From Parcubacteria group bacterium Gr01-1014_20 (GTDB lineage: Bacteria; Patescibacteriota; Minisyncoccia; UBA6257; 2-01-FULL-56-20): 64,000 bases of DNA. The notes under the pieces were generated by a model. The model did not search any database. It worked only from the letters and a program-made list of their open reading frames with translations, and was not told the DNA's origin. The DNA is taken from NCBI GenBank assembly GCA_007376265.1, contig VMFW01000006.1:10930-74929 (forward strand), given 5' to 3'. A program made the position numbers and the translations under genes. Positions within the stretch are counted from its first letter, which is position 1. Each line of letters begins with the position of its first letter. Below are positions 52,751-62,248 of the stretch, piece after piece.

Positions 52751-55732
52751 TTATCGCATTAGGTCTCGAAGCCCGCAATATTTACAGTCTTTTTTATTAC
52801 AGCGAGTGTTCCAGAATTCAAGGTTTCGTATTGAGTAGACTGCCTTTTGGATAATTTCCTTCAATTCATCCACCTCACTTTTTTGGATTTCGAAAAACTC
52901 CCGCTTAAAAGTGCCTCTTGGATTTGGTTCTATAAAATCAATTACTCCAGCGTCCATCTCCCAAGTTTTTTCTGGTTTAAGTTCTAGTAGAAGTTTGTAA
53001 AAAACCAACTGCCTCTTGTAATCGCCAGTTGAGTTTTTAGTCAACCCGAGAATTTGGTTTCTTGACCCAGGTTCTTTGGTTTTGTAATCCACCACGATGA
53101 CATGCTTAGGATTTTCTGTAATTTCAATTTTATCGAGTTTGCCAGTCAATTTAATGTTTTCAAGCATAACGCCCTTAATGGCGAACTCGTTCACGGTGTT
53201 GTAGTTCCAGGAATTTTGATAAAAATTATAATATTTTTCTAGAATTTTCTTTCCATAACTTAAGGTTTCCTCAAAATCGGTCTTTGTTAGCGGTTCACGA
53301 CTTAGGGCGTTCTCAAAGCTGAGCAGAATAGAGGGTGCGTCAACTAGCTTCCCTCCTCTTTTAGCGTCAAAAAAGTTTTTGAGAGCAAAGTGAACCGCCG
53401 TACCAAACATCTGTGATTTATTTTTTGATCGGGGAATTCTAAGTAGGTTGAGATAAAAATATTTCCAAGGGCAAGCAAGGTAGTTATTCAACGCACTCAC
53501 CGATAAACCTCGTTTTTCAAAGATCTGTATAAATAATTCTTGATTATCTGAAGTTACATTTTTCACCTTTGATGTATCGAAGAGAACCGCCCGATTTTCT
53601 AAGAACTTTCTGTCGAAATCACCACCCAAAATCTCTGTTTTCAGTTCTGCTCTAATTTCTCCCAGGAATTGACTGGGAATTTGATCTCGACCCTCTTCAT
53701 TTTTAGTGGAATAGGTTATGAAGACGTGTCTTTTGGCTCTAGTTAGGCACATGTAAAAAAGCCTCCGCTCATCCTCGTTTTTTTCAGTTTCATCTATATT
53801 AACGCTAGTTTTGAAAGGGATTTTGAATTTATCGAAATGACGCTTATTTCCCCAATGACCATCAACGGCTTTGGTGAGAAAAACTGTGGAAAATTCTAGA
53901 CCTTTAGCTCGATGAGCTGTCATTAATCGAACAGCGTTTCGAGTTGTGGCCGATTTTGACTGAAGAGAAAGGCCGTGGGTTTTTAAGATGTCGAGATGTT
54001 CTAAGTACTCTCTAAGAGAATAGGCTCGATGATCGTCGGTCGCTTTTCGAATTTCTCTGAAAAGCGAACTCAACTTGTCAATTTTTTGAAGATACTCCCC
54101 GTGTTGAATGATGTGGCTTAGGAATCCGGATTCGTTTAAAACTGCCTCGAAAAACTTTATAAAATCATCGTTACGACTTTTTTTACTCCACTTTTTAAAA
54201 AGCTGGTAGATCTTGCTCAGTTGAACCGAGTTACTGATTTCTAGATTCCTTAGGATTACTGGATCATCAAGGATTTTGTGCAAAGATCGTTTTTCTCTAA
54301 TCGTGGCAACTGAAAGTTGGTAGATATCAAGCGGGTCGATGTTTAGAAAATCAATGTGCAAGACTTCCAGGAGTTTTTCATCATTACCGAACTCATTGAT
54401 GGCGCTAAATATTAGATTGAGTTTTTTAATATCGGGATCGTCTAGAATATTAGACTCGGATTCAATTACATAAGCTAGGCCGGCTTTGTTTAGAAAATCA
54501 GCAATAAGTTTCGCATCTCTATTTTCTCGATACAGAATGGCGATTTGTTCCGGTTTTATTTCGTTGTCTAGTAAGAGCTTAATTTCTTCGACAATAAACA
54601 TTCCCTCTCCCTCAGGGGTTTCGAAGGCGTAAACTTTTATCTTCTCGCCGACATCTTTAGTGGTGGCTCGGAGAGGAGAAAATATGGTGGTTCGATTTTT
54701 TTCAATTAAATCCTGCGCAGAGTCGAGAATGGTTTGAGTAGAACGGTAACTATCTTCTAAATTAATGAGTTTAACGCTAGGATATTTTTTCTGAAAATAA
54801 AGAAAATTGTCTAGATTAGCACCTTGAAACCGAAAAATCGCCTGTTTTTCGTCGCCAACCACGAAAAGATTGGGATTTGGATAAAAGTCACAAATTAGCT
54901 CTAGGATTCGATTTTGAGCCCCGTTGGTGTCCTGGTGTTCATCGATTAAGAGATATTGAAACTTCTCCTGAACTTCTCTCAAAAATTCCGCTTTTGTTTC
55001 AAAGGCCTTAATGGTCTCGAGGATCATATCCTCAAAATCATAGAACCTTTTGTCTCGTAAAATCTCCTGATACTTTTTGTAGACCCTCCCCAGTTCCGAA
55101 TTTTTTTGACTATCCTTTAGCTGTTTTTGATACTCTCCTTTGATTTTACCGGCGTGAGCGCCGGTTAGATGATACTTGTCTGCTCGCTTTTCTAAGCTGG
55201 CAGCTTCTTCCTTAGCGATTTCGATAAAGGCCTTTGCTGAAATCCCTTCGTTTTTCAGATTTTTAATCGAAGCTAAGATATCTCTAACGTAAAAATATTT
55301 ATCACCGAAAGGCTTGATGTGATCGTAGGGTTCTAGGTCGAGGATTTCTCTAATGATGGAAATTCGACTAACTTCTGTCGTGTTTTTGCCACCAATCAAT
55401 TCTTCGTAATTTTCAGGATATTCTTGAATTAGGGTGTTGCAAAAACTATGAAAGGTGCCGATTGTGACGTAATAACCCCGTGAACCAATGAGATTAACAA
55501 GCCGTCTCCGCATATTGGCCGCCGCTGATTCAGTAAATGTCAGGGCGAGGATGGAGTCAGCTGGAGTGTCGCTTTTTGCAAGGATGTTTGCAATTCGGAG
55601 GGTTAAAATCTGGGTTTTACCCGTCCCTGGACCGGCAATAACCATCACGGGGCCATCAATGGTTTCAACCGCCTCTCTTTGCTTTGGGTTAAGGTTTGCT
55701 AGGGTTTTAGCAAAATTAGCTTCAGTTATCAT
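52751..55732 (-). CDS. UvrD/PcrA-family SF1 helicase fused to a C-terminal Cas4/RecB-like PD-(D/E)xK nuclease with a Cys cluster
   Basis: N-terminal VIAGPGTGKTQILTLRIANIL (Walker A), then helicase motifs through about 650 aa. The C-terminus carries …VIVVDYKTKEP… and …CNKKDCKYCG. 993 aa. Confidence 0.8.
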   Translation of the reverse strand: MITEANFAKTLANLNPKQREAVETIDGPVMVIAGPGTGKTQILTLRIANILAKSDTPADSILALTFTESAAANMRRRLVNLIGSRGYYVTIGTFHSFCNTLIQEYPENYEELIGGKNTTEVSRISIIREILDLEPYDHIKPFGDKYFYVRDILASIKNLKNEGISAKAFIEIAKEEAASLEKRADKYHLTGAHAGKIKGEYQKQLKDSQKNSELGRVYKKYQEILRDKRFYDFEDMILETIKAFETKAEFLREVQEKFQYLLIDEHQDTNGAQNRILELICDFYPNPNLFVVGDEKQAIFRFQGANLDNFLYFQKKYPSVKLINLEDSYRSTQTILDSAQDLIEKNRTTIFSPLRATTKDVGEKIKVYAFETPEGEGMFIVEEIKLLLDNEIKPEQIAILYRENRDAKLIADFLNKAGLAYVIESESNILDDPDIKKLNLIFSAINEFGNDEKLLEVLHIDFLNIDPLDIYQLSVATIREKRSLHKILDDPVILRNLEISNSVQLSKIYQLFKKWSKKSRNDDFIKFFEAVLNESGFLSHIIQHGEYLQKIDKLSSLFREIRKATDDHRAYSLREYLEHLDILKTHGLSLQSKSATTRNAVRLMTAHRAKGLEFSTVFLTKAVDGHWGNKRHFDKFKIPFKTSVNIDETEKNEDERRLFYMCLTRAKRHVFITYSTKNEEGRDQIPSQFLGEIRAELKTEILGGDFDRKFLENRAVLFDTSKVKNVTSDNQELFIQIFEKRGLSVSALNNYLACPWKYFYLNLLRIPRSKNKSQMFGTAVHFALKNFFDAKRGGKLVDAPSILLSFENALSREPLTKTDFEETLSYGKKILEKYYNFYQNSWNYNTVNEFAIKGVMLENIKLTGKLDKIEITENPKHVIVVDYKTKEPGSRNQILGLTKNSTGDYKRQLVFYKLLLELKPEKTWEMDAGVIDFIEPNPRGTFKREFFEIQKSEVDELKEIIQKAVYSIRNLEFWNTRCNKKDCKYCGLRDLMR

Positions 55733-55801
55733 GCTTTAGAATTATAAACTGGTTTGTTCTAGTAAAAAACGCCCTGATTTTAGGGCGTTTTGAAGGTTTC
55801 G

Positions 55802-57433
55802 TTATCGAATTGAAGAAAAGAAAGGCGTAAAGTGCTCATCAAAGACTTTTCGGAAGGATTCACCGATGTTGTCATTGGAGGCCGCGAGGGTGGCAATTTC
55901 CTTGACCAGGTGGATAGTGACGTACTCTTCGAGGGCTCTTACGCCAGCGGTATCGCAGGCGATCCAATCCTTGTGGGAGATATTGAAGATGATGACGCCG
56001 TTTTGAACTCGGGTTCGCCAGTGAAAACCGTGCGCCGTGGAACCCTCTTCGTAGTCAGCCGTGAGACCGAACTGCGACTTGATAATTCGTCGTTCCCGAC
56101 CGGCAGGGTGGGCAACCGAGCTGTGAACTTTACTAACTTGCTCGTGTTTCGGTGGCCCTTTGTGGCGATTTTTTTCCACCTCCGCTTTTTGCAGGAGAAC
56201 TCGTTCTTTACTTTCTTTGAGAGTTGGGGCTCGGAGACGAAATTTTTTCGAGGTAGGATTTGCTTCGGCGGCCCTGATGTGTTCTTCCGAGACAAATCCC
56301 GAGAGTCGTCCAGCGAGACGCATGGCCGGATGCTCCTTGAAAAAGCGATCCATCTTAAAAACTGCTAATTCGATAGCTTCCGAGTAACGGGCTAGACGAT
56401 GCTCGCTTTTTAATTCGGCAAAGTTGGGTCGAACTTCCTCTTCGACGAATTTTCTGATAGTCGCGCAAAAAACATTTTCGTCATCATCGCGAGCGAATCC
56501 CTCGCGATCAGCCCGAATCGTGCAGAAATCCACTCGAATGTAGCCTTGGTAGTGACCGGAGCCGAGGAGCTCTCTTACCTCTCGCCAGAGCATGGGCATT
56601 TTGTGGAGAGGAAACTCCTGCATATCGCGGTGAACGACGATGATTTTTGGAGATGATATGGGCTTGATCAGGACGTAAAAGTCAAAATCGACGGTACCAC
56701 GCTGGGTTTTGATTGTAACCCTCTCGCATCTGGTGCCGTCAAATTCGACGGGTTTTACTGAGACGCGTTTTTCGCTGCCCGTTTCCGACTTGAAGATGAT
56801 TTGCACATCAACTTTTTTCTTCTTGATCTGTTCACCCCAAGCTTCGGAAATGCGATCGGCGATCTCTTCAATACGCGAAAGTTCTCGCATAGAACTTTGA
56901 TCGATCTTAGCGAAAGCGACTAAGGTGGTGGGTTTAAAGGAAATACCGCCCGAGAGCGAGTGGTTAGCGTCTTCGTCGCGAATGCTTAATTCCGGATTCG
57001 CGTTTTCTGCGAGCTCTTCGCGGTTAATCCAGGCGGTAAAATATCTGGTCTTGAGACTGTCTCCCGGGCGAGTCGTAATCGAGAGACGCTTGGCGATAGC
57101 TAGACCAGAGAAACGACCAATCCCCTTTTCGCCACCTTTTTTCTTATCACCCTTCTTGACCGAAACGCCAACGTTTTGCCAGAGAAATCTTATCTCCTCT
57201 TTGCCAGCGCCAGTGCCGTTGTCGTAACAGTGCAAGCTTGATCTGGCTTGGTTAATTACAACATGAATGTTTCGGGCGCCTTGATCGAGCGAGTTTTGAA
57301 TCAACTCCACCACGGCGTTGGTAGCATCCTTATAGGTTTGGGCTAGATAGGAAATGGTGTTTCCGACGTGAACTTGGATTCCAACCTTTTCAACTTTTGG
57401 CTCTGGTTTTGTTAGGACTGCCAAATCAACCAC
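55802..57433 (-). CDS. GHKL-superfamily ATPase (HATPase_c_3/MORC-MutL-Hsp90-like Bergerat fold) with about 340 aa of uncharacterised C-terminal region
   Basis: N-box VVELIQNSLDQGA, G1 box YDNGTGAG, G2 box GEKGIGRFSGLAIAKRL. The rest has no recognisable motifs. Higher local GC. Confidence 0.6.
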   Translation of the reverse strand: MVDLAVLTKPEPKVEKVGIQVHVGNTISYLAQTYKDATNAVVELIQNSLDQGARNIHVVINQARSSLHCYDNGTGAGKEEIRFLWQNVGVSVKKGDKKKGGEKGIGRFSGLAIAKRLSITTRPGDSLKTRYFTAWINREELAENANPELSIRDEDANHSLSGGISFKPTTLVAFAKIDQSSMRELSRIEEIADRISEAWGEQIKKKKVDVQIIFKSETGSEKRVSVKPVEFDGTRCERVTIKTQRGTVDFDFYVLIKPISSPKIIVVHRDMQEFPLHKMPMLWREVRELLGSGHYQGYIRVDFCTIRADREGFARDDDENVFCATIRKFVEEEVRPNFAELKSEHRLARYSEAIELAVFKMDRFFKEHPAMRLAGRLSGFVSEEHIRAAEANPTSKKFRLRAPTLKESKERVLLQKAEVEKNRHKGPPKHEQVSKVHSSVAHPAGRERRIIKSQFGLTADYEEGSTAHGFHWRTRVQNGVIIFNISHKDWIACDTAGVRALEEYVTIHLVKEIATLAASNDNIGESFRKVFDEHFTPFFSSIR

Positions 57434-57968
57434 CTCCCTTTATTTTGTCGAGCATGTGATCTCTCTCGAGAACCTGATAGGTTGCGTCACTTGAGAGAGC
57501 GCGAACGGATGTCAGAAAGTTATCAAAGGTTTCGACACCGATCTTTTTCTTGGCTTTCCGACGAATTTCGACCGGACTCTTTAGTAAGGTTTGCAGATCC
57601 GGAAGCATAACTTGGATAAGTAGTGTGAGACGCTCGATAGCTACGTCGTTGATTTTCTCCGAAGTTTCTTCGAGTCTTCCGTCGCTTCCGCTCTCTCCCA
57701 GTTGTTCTTTTACAAACTTTCGATCAGCTTCTGTTGGGGGTGAAGCGGCTTGCCGGATCTTCGGGGCGGTTAACTCACCGCTGAATATTGCGTGGGGGAT
57801 GAGTTCGAATAGTCTTTTGCGATCCACAGCTCTTCTCGGCTGACTTCTTCCATTCCACCAGTCCCACACGGTGCTCCCTGGAAATTGGAAATGCTTGGCA
57901 AATCGATACGAACCGCTTAGTCCGTGAATGTTGGCAAGGCTTTGGATGAGATAACTAATTAGAGTCAC
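57426..57968 (-). CDS. XRE-type HTH protein (putative regulator)
   Basis: Residues about 20-55, LSGSYRFAKHFQFPGSTVWDWWNGRSQP, fit the XRE helix-turn-helix pattern (LAxxxGVSxSTIxxWExGxxxP). 8-bp overlap with the GHKL gene. Confidence 0.45.
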   Translation of the reverse strand: MTLISYLIQSLANIHGLSGSYRFAKHFQFPGSTVWDWWNGRSQPRRAVDRKRLFELIPHAIFSGELTAPKIRQAASPPTEADRKFVKEQLGESGSDGRLEETSEKINDVAIERLTLLIQVMLPDLQTLLKSPVEIRRKAKKKIGVETFDNFLTSVRALSSDATYQVLERDHMLDKIKGGG

Positions 57969-57986
57969 ATTTCCTCCTTCCCCGAA

Positions 57987-58604
57987 TTAGCGGCTGATTT
58001 TGTGTGAGTTAATAATGTCGCGTGAGTTGCCTGGTTCCCACTTCACTCGGGTGAGCTTTGTAATTTCGCGGTCGATGGCGTTCGGTGAGAGACCGCTTTG
58101 ATATCTTTCGGTGATATAGGCGATAAGACCCACACCTTTCTTCGCTTCTAGGCGCTCATTGATTTTTTGCCTCTTGCTTCCTTCACGAAAGACAACTTTG
58201 GAAGATTTTTGAGGAATCCCCTTCTTTCGCCTTGCAGGCTTAGAAGAGGTTTTCGATTTGTCTTCGAGCTGGCTTGTTGAAAATCCCAAGACGCGAATTC
58301 CGAAAATTCGGCCCGCAGCGACAAGCCAACGGGAAAGTGCCTGAAGTTCATAGCTTAAATCTAGAAAGGCCGAAAATCTGTCTTTTTTCTTGGTGCTGAA
58401 TTCCTTGGGATCCGGAAAGCCATTGGCCTCAAGCATGGCGGTTTTGATTTCGCCGTGATTCCTGGCGGCGGCTAGAACATTGATTAACCAAGGGTGAATT
58501 CGAACGTAGCTCAGGAAAGCAGCGGGTTCGAGCGTGGCGTCAAGATTGGCGCCAACAGCGGTAACGAGCAGGGCGTTGACCTTAGTTCCATCGATTTTTT
58601 GCAT
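57987..58604 (-). CDS. hypothetical protein (205 aa)
   Basis: Co-oriented upstream of the XRE and GHKL genes. A candidate promoter lies about 90 nt upstream. No recognisable family. Confidence 0.4.
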   Translation of the reverse strand: MQKIDGTKVNALLVTAVGANLDATLEPAAFLSYVRIHPWLINVLAAARNHGEIKTAMLEANGFPDPKEFSTKKKDRFSAFLDLSYELQALSRWLVAAGRIFGIRVLGFSTSQLEDKSKTSSKPARRKKGIPQKSSKVVFREGSKRQKINERLEAKKGVGLIAYITERYQSGLSPNAIDREITKLTRVKWEPGNSRDIINSHKISR

Positions 58605-58742
58605 TCCTTTCTCCTTACTAGAGTGATAAGTGAGTGAGTCTGCTTCTGAGTTTCTTCAATTTCGATTGTGAAATGACTGGTTTTCTTATATAGGAAAGTG
58701 GCAATTTTGTCAATTTAGAGTTTTGGTGGCGAGAAATTAAAA

Positions 58743-58766
58743 GGCCCAATAATTACTTATTGGGCC
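58743..58766 (-). terminator. intrinsic terminator after the sigma-factor gene
   Basis: GGCCCAATAA-ttac-TTATTGGGCC, a perfect 10-bp stem. On the minus strand it is followed by TTTTAATTT. Confidence 0.5.
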
Positions 58767-58777
58767 AAGTTTTGTTT

Positions 58778-60079
58778 TTAAGAGCTAAACGCTAGTCTCC
58801 TTACGCGGTACCGATAGCAGGGTAGATTTTGTTTGGTGGCGATTCGGTGGCCACCATTGCCGTTGCTTATGATGATCGGAATACCAAACCGATCGTTGCA
58901 AGCAGTTCGGAGAACGCCTAGGGCTTTGGTGTGGATTTGAGAGGTTCGACTCTCGCTTATCTTCAGAATCCTACCGATTTCACGCAGAACCTTGTCTTCC
59001 CAGTAGTAGAGATAGATGACAGTGTACTCCTGAAGAGTGAGATACTCCTTGATTCCGACGCGAAGAAATTCGTACATGTCCTCTCTCGCACACGCCTCCT
59101 CTGGATTCAAGAAGGCGTGTGACTCGATGTTATCGATCAGTTCATAGGGTTTGTCTTCGCTTGGATCAAAGAGCTGTTCAAATATCGACTTAATATTGCC
59201 AGTGTTTTCGTTTTCGTAAAGTTCCAGAATGGTTTCAGCGGAAAGTCCAGTTTCCTCCGATAGTTCTTCGAGAAACGGTTCCCGACCAAGCTTGTGTTGA
59301 AGCTTCATAAGGGCAAGATTTTTTTGGCGAGAACCCGTCCTTACGCTCCTCGGAACCCAGTCGGAGCTTCGTAGGGAATCTAAGATTGCTCCCCGGATAC
59401 GATAAACCGAAAAGGTCTCGAATTTGATTCCCCGAGCAGGATCAAAACCGTCGATAGCTTCCAAGAGGCCGACTAATCCTTCGGCGTAGAGATCATCCGC
59501 GTCAACGTTTTTTGGAAATTTAAGGGACATTCGACCGGCGACAAGTTTAACTTGACCAAGATAGCGAAGCACATAGGCTTCCCTGACGAGATTTCTTAAT
59601 CTCGATTGCTTGGGAAGTTTCTGGAATCTGGCCCAACCTTTGGTTGGGGGAAGAAATTCCTTAACTTGAGCAGTGAGCGTACCCTCTTCGATCGAGACCA
59701 CTTTCTTACCTGAAATTTCTTCGGCGGTGCGCATGAACCGATAGAGGTTGATGGCAAGCATTAAAGCCTCGGGGCGGGTAACCGGTTCTCTATAATTGCC
59801 GGGAAGGAGCTCAATTAAGCTTCCCCACAAAACGGCCACCCTGGTTTGATCAAAAAGATCAATTGCCTTCGCAGCCCAAACGTGATCCGCAACATATTTC
59901 CAGAATTCGTTTTGAGTGAAAAGTTTGAACTCGGCGATTATCTTCGTGAAGTCGTGGTCGGTGGTTAGGCTCAGATATTCAGGATGCCGGAAAACAAATT
60001 TCCAAAATGATCGCTCCTCCAGGACAGAAATATCCTGGAGGAGTTGGCCAGTGACTACAAGCGCGGACGGCTTGGACAC
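58778..60079 (-). CDS. sigma-70-family RNA polymerase sigma factor (FliA/WhiG/group-3-like regions 2-4) with an N-terminal extension of about 150 aa
   Basis: Region 2: DLYAEGLVGLLEAIDGFDPARGIKFETFSVYRIRGAILDSLR. Region 4: LQEYTVIYLYYWEDKVLREIGRILKISESRTSQIHTKAL. The first roughly 150 aa are uncharacterised. Confidence 0.75.
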   Translation of the reverse strand: MSKPSALVVTGQLLQDISVLEERSFWKFVFRHPEYLSLTTDHDFTKIIAEFKLFTQNEFWKYVADHVWAAKAIDLFDQTRVAVLWGSLIELLPGNYREPVTRPEALMLAINLYRFMRTAEEISGKKVVSIEEGTLTAQVKEFLPPTKGWARFQKLPKQSRLRNLVREAYVLRYLGQVKLVAGRMSLKFPKNVDADDLYAEGLVGLLEAIDGFDPARGIKFETFSVYRIRGAILDSLRSSDWVPRSVRTGSRQKNLALMKLQHKLGREPFLEELSEETGLSAETILELYENENTGNIKSIFEQLFDPSEDKPYELIDNIESHAFLNPEEACAREDMYEFLRVGIKEYLTLQEYTVIYLYYWEDKVLREIGRILKISESRTSQIHTKALGVLRTACNDRFGIPIIISNGNGGHRIATKQNLPCYRYRVRRLAFSS

Positions 60080-60100
60080 GGAACTCCTCCAGGATTTGAG

Positions 60101-61063
60101 TTAGAGGTTTGGCGCGTGGATGACATTTTGGCGAAGACGGATGTACTCGGCAGGCTGAATGCCCAACTGCGAGGCGGCAAAGGGAATTTCCGAGGCGTCC
60201 TTATCAATGAAATTTAGAAGCTCCGCAAGGTTCTTCGGTTCTCGGCCATTGCACTCTCCAATCAAGGCTTTCAGTTTGGCTTTGACCGAAGGACTAACCT
60301 GAAGACCTTTGATCTGGTCAAATATGTCAGGCCCTCCATCGGTTTCTAGACTCGCGGTGGTTCTTTCTGGCACGGGCGGTGTGGCGGCATCTTTTTTCGG
60401 AACACGACGAGAATGAACTCGTGTGGTCTTAAGCCCATTCTTTTTTCGTCCGGCATCATAGACAATGTCATAAGCTTTAGCCCAGTTTTGGATGTCGCCG
60501 CAGGTCACGGTTGTACCGGTGGTCGCGGAAATTTTAATGGCGGTGGCGTTCGCTGATAGTTGGTCGGTAACGAGAAGACGCGTGAGAACCTGTTTCAGGG
60601 ATGATTGTTGTTCGAGAAAGAATTTATTTATCGCTTCTCTCTTGAACGGTACGCGACCTCCGGGCTTTTTGCGAGTGGGCTTTTGAGATCCCACTGTTTC
60701 AGGGAGCTTCTTAACCCGACTTTTCCTGGTTTTCTTGCTCTTTTTCGAGCGAGTCATTTTGGATGTTTCGCTTGCGATGTTTTCAAGTTTCAAGCGATAG
60801 CTTTTCCCTAGATAGACTAGAAAAAGTGCCAGCTCGGCAAGTTTTTTCAATTGCGCGGTGGGTTCGCGAGCTTCCATCCAGATTTGATCAAGAGTGGCAG
60901 GGTCAATTTCATAAAGCCTTATCGTGCCGGAATCCCGCCATTTTCTTACGAGTGGCGAAAGAACTGGGTTGGCCATTAGATAGTTTAGGGCCTCTTCGGC
61001 TGTCAACTCTCGCTTGGCCTGGGTGGTAAATCTGTGGATGAGATCGGTAATGGCTTTCGACAT
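60101..61063 (-). CDS. hypothetical protein with a Lys/Arg-rich central segment (320 aa)
   Basis: …MTRSKKSKKTRKSRVKKLPETVGSQKPTRKKPGGR… is a basic, low-complexity block. No recognisable domain. Confidence 0.4.
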   Translation of the reverse strand: MSKAITDLIHRFTTQAKRELTAEEALNYLMANPVLSPLVRKWRDSGTIRLYEIDPATLDQIWMEAREPTAQLKKLAELALFLVYLGKSYRLKLENIASETSKMTRSKKSKKTRKSRVKKLPETVGSQKPTRKKPGGRVPFKREAINKFFLEQQSSLKQVLTRLLVTDQLSANATAIKISATTGTTVTCGDIQNWAKAYDIVYDAGRKKNGLKTTRVHSRRVPKKDAATPPVPERTTASLETDGGPDIFDQIKGLQVSPSVKAKLKALIGECNGREPKNLAELLNFIDKDASEIPFAASQLGIQPAEYIRLRQNVIHAPNL

Positions 61064-61168
61064 CTTACCCCTCCTTGGTGTGTTTTGATTATTAAATATC
61101 TGACCGCAGTCTAGGTAATTTAACGCTTGTTGTCAATCAACTTATTCCTGGAGGAAGGTGAAGAAAAA

Positions 61169-61197
61169 GCCCTCCGACTTTACGTCGAAGGGCTTTG
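61169..61197 (-). terminator. intrinsic terminator after the 151-aa gene
   Basis: The minus strand reads GCCCTTCGAC-gtaaagt-CGGAGGGC (one mismatch) followed by TTTTTC. Confidence 0.4.
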
Positions 61198-61210
61198 GGG
61201 GGTGTAGGAA

Positions 61211-61666
61211 CTATTGCTGTCGGAGTTGCCAGATTTCGGCACCGGTAAATTCAACGCCGGTTTTGGTTTTGATGGCTTGGGCGATCGCGTTGTCACCGGC
61301 ACCGCTTTTCTTTTGGCTTTCGACAAAAGACAAGAGGGTGCCGAGGCCTTTCCGATGGAGAGTGAGGTCGGCTTTGCGTCGCTTGGAACCTTTTCGAAAC
61401 GTAGATTCAAACGGCGGCTTGATTGATTCAGGAGTTGTGTCCGTTTGGCGACCAGCCGGAGATGCCGACAAATCGGTTTGGCCAATATTCAGCACCTTCA
61501 ATGCGGCGGCGAGCCAGGTATCGACTCCTTTCTGCACCGCCTGTCTCACGTGGGGAACAACTTCGGGGTGATCGTTCAGGAAAGTGATGAACTTAGCATC
61601 ACTCATGGCGGGATTCACGCAACCCAGTAATCCCGAAATTATCTGAGTTGGATTGTTGGAACTCAT
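61211..61666 (-). CDS. hypothetical protein (151 aa)
   Basis: 4-bp overlap with the upstream membrane-protein gene. A terminator lies downstream. Confidence 0.4.
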   Translation of the reverse strand: MSSNNPTQIISGLLGCVNPAMSDAKFITFLNDHPEVVPHVRQAVQKGVDTWLAAALKVLNIGQTDLSASPAGRQTDTTPESIKPPFESTFRKGSKRRKADLTLHRKGLGTLLSFVESQKKSGAGDNAIAQAIKTKTGVEFTGAEIWQLRQQ

Positions 61667-62136
61667 GTAACCTCCTTTTGCTTTTGGGTGTGAAGTGCAC
61701 GATCTTCAATTTCTTTCCGAATTTTCGCATTGAACTTAGCGAGCAGTCTCAACTTTCTTACGCAATAACCAATGTTTAAGAGAGAAAAAAGTCCGACAGG
61801 AACGGAAAAAATCAACCATTCCTCTCTTAAAAGCTCGAGAGTGATAACTAGAAAAATCGCTCCTACGATCACCTGACTGTCGTTTTCGGAGAGATTTTGG
61901 GACACCTCCTTTAGACCCGTCAAGTTTTTTTGCAAGTTCTTTTTAACAAGAATCCACGATATCATGAAGGTGGTGATGCCGACGATGGTCAGGAAATTGG
62001 CTAGATTATCAACCGCAAAGATGGAACAGGCGTAATAGGTGACGGCAAAAATCACTGTTGCTTCAAGCAAACTCCAGATGATGAGTGGTTTTATCGGTTG
62101 AATCAGGGTCGCGTTTATTTCATCGGTGTGGCTCAA
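61663..62136 (-). CDS. hypothetical membrane protein (157 aa, 4 TM)
   Basis: Hydrophobicity pattern only. Confidence 0.4.
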   Translation of the reverse strand: MSHTDEINATLIQPIKPLIIWSLLEATVIFAVTYYACSIFAVDNLANFLTIVGITTFMISWILVKKNLQKNLTGLKEVSQNLSENDSQVIVGAIFLVITLELLREEWLIFSVPVGLFSLLNIGYCVRKLRLLAKFNAKIRKEIEDRALHTQKQKEVT

Positions 62137-62248
62137 GAAACCTCCTTTTTAAACTACTGCCATCCTTTTACTGCACTTTTTGGTTTCTGTCAATAGAAAA
62201 ACCCCGTTTTGTGACGAGGTTTTGAAATATTCATTGTCCTTCCGACGA

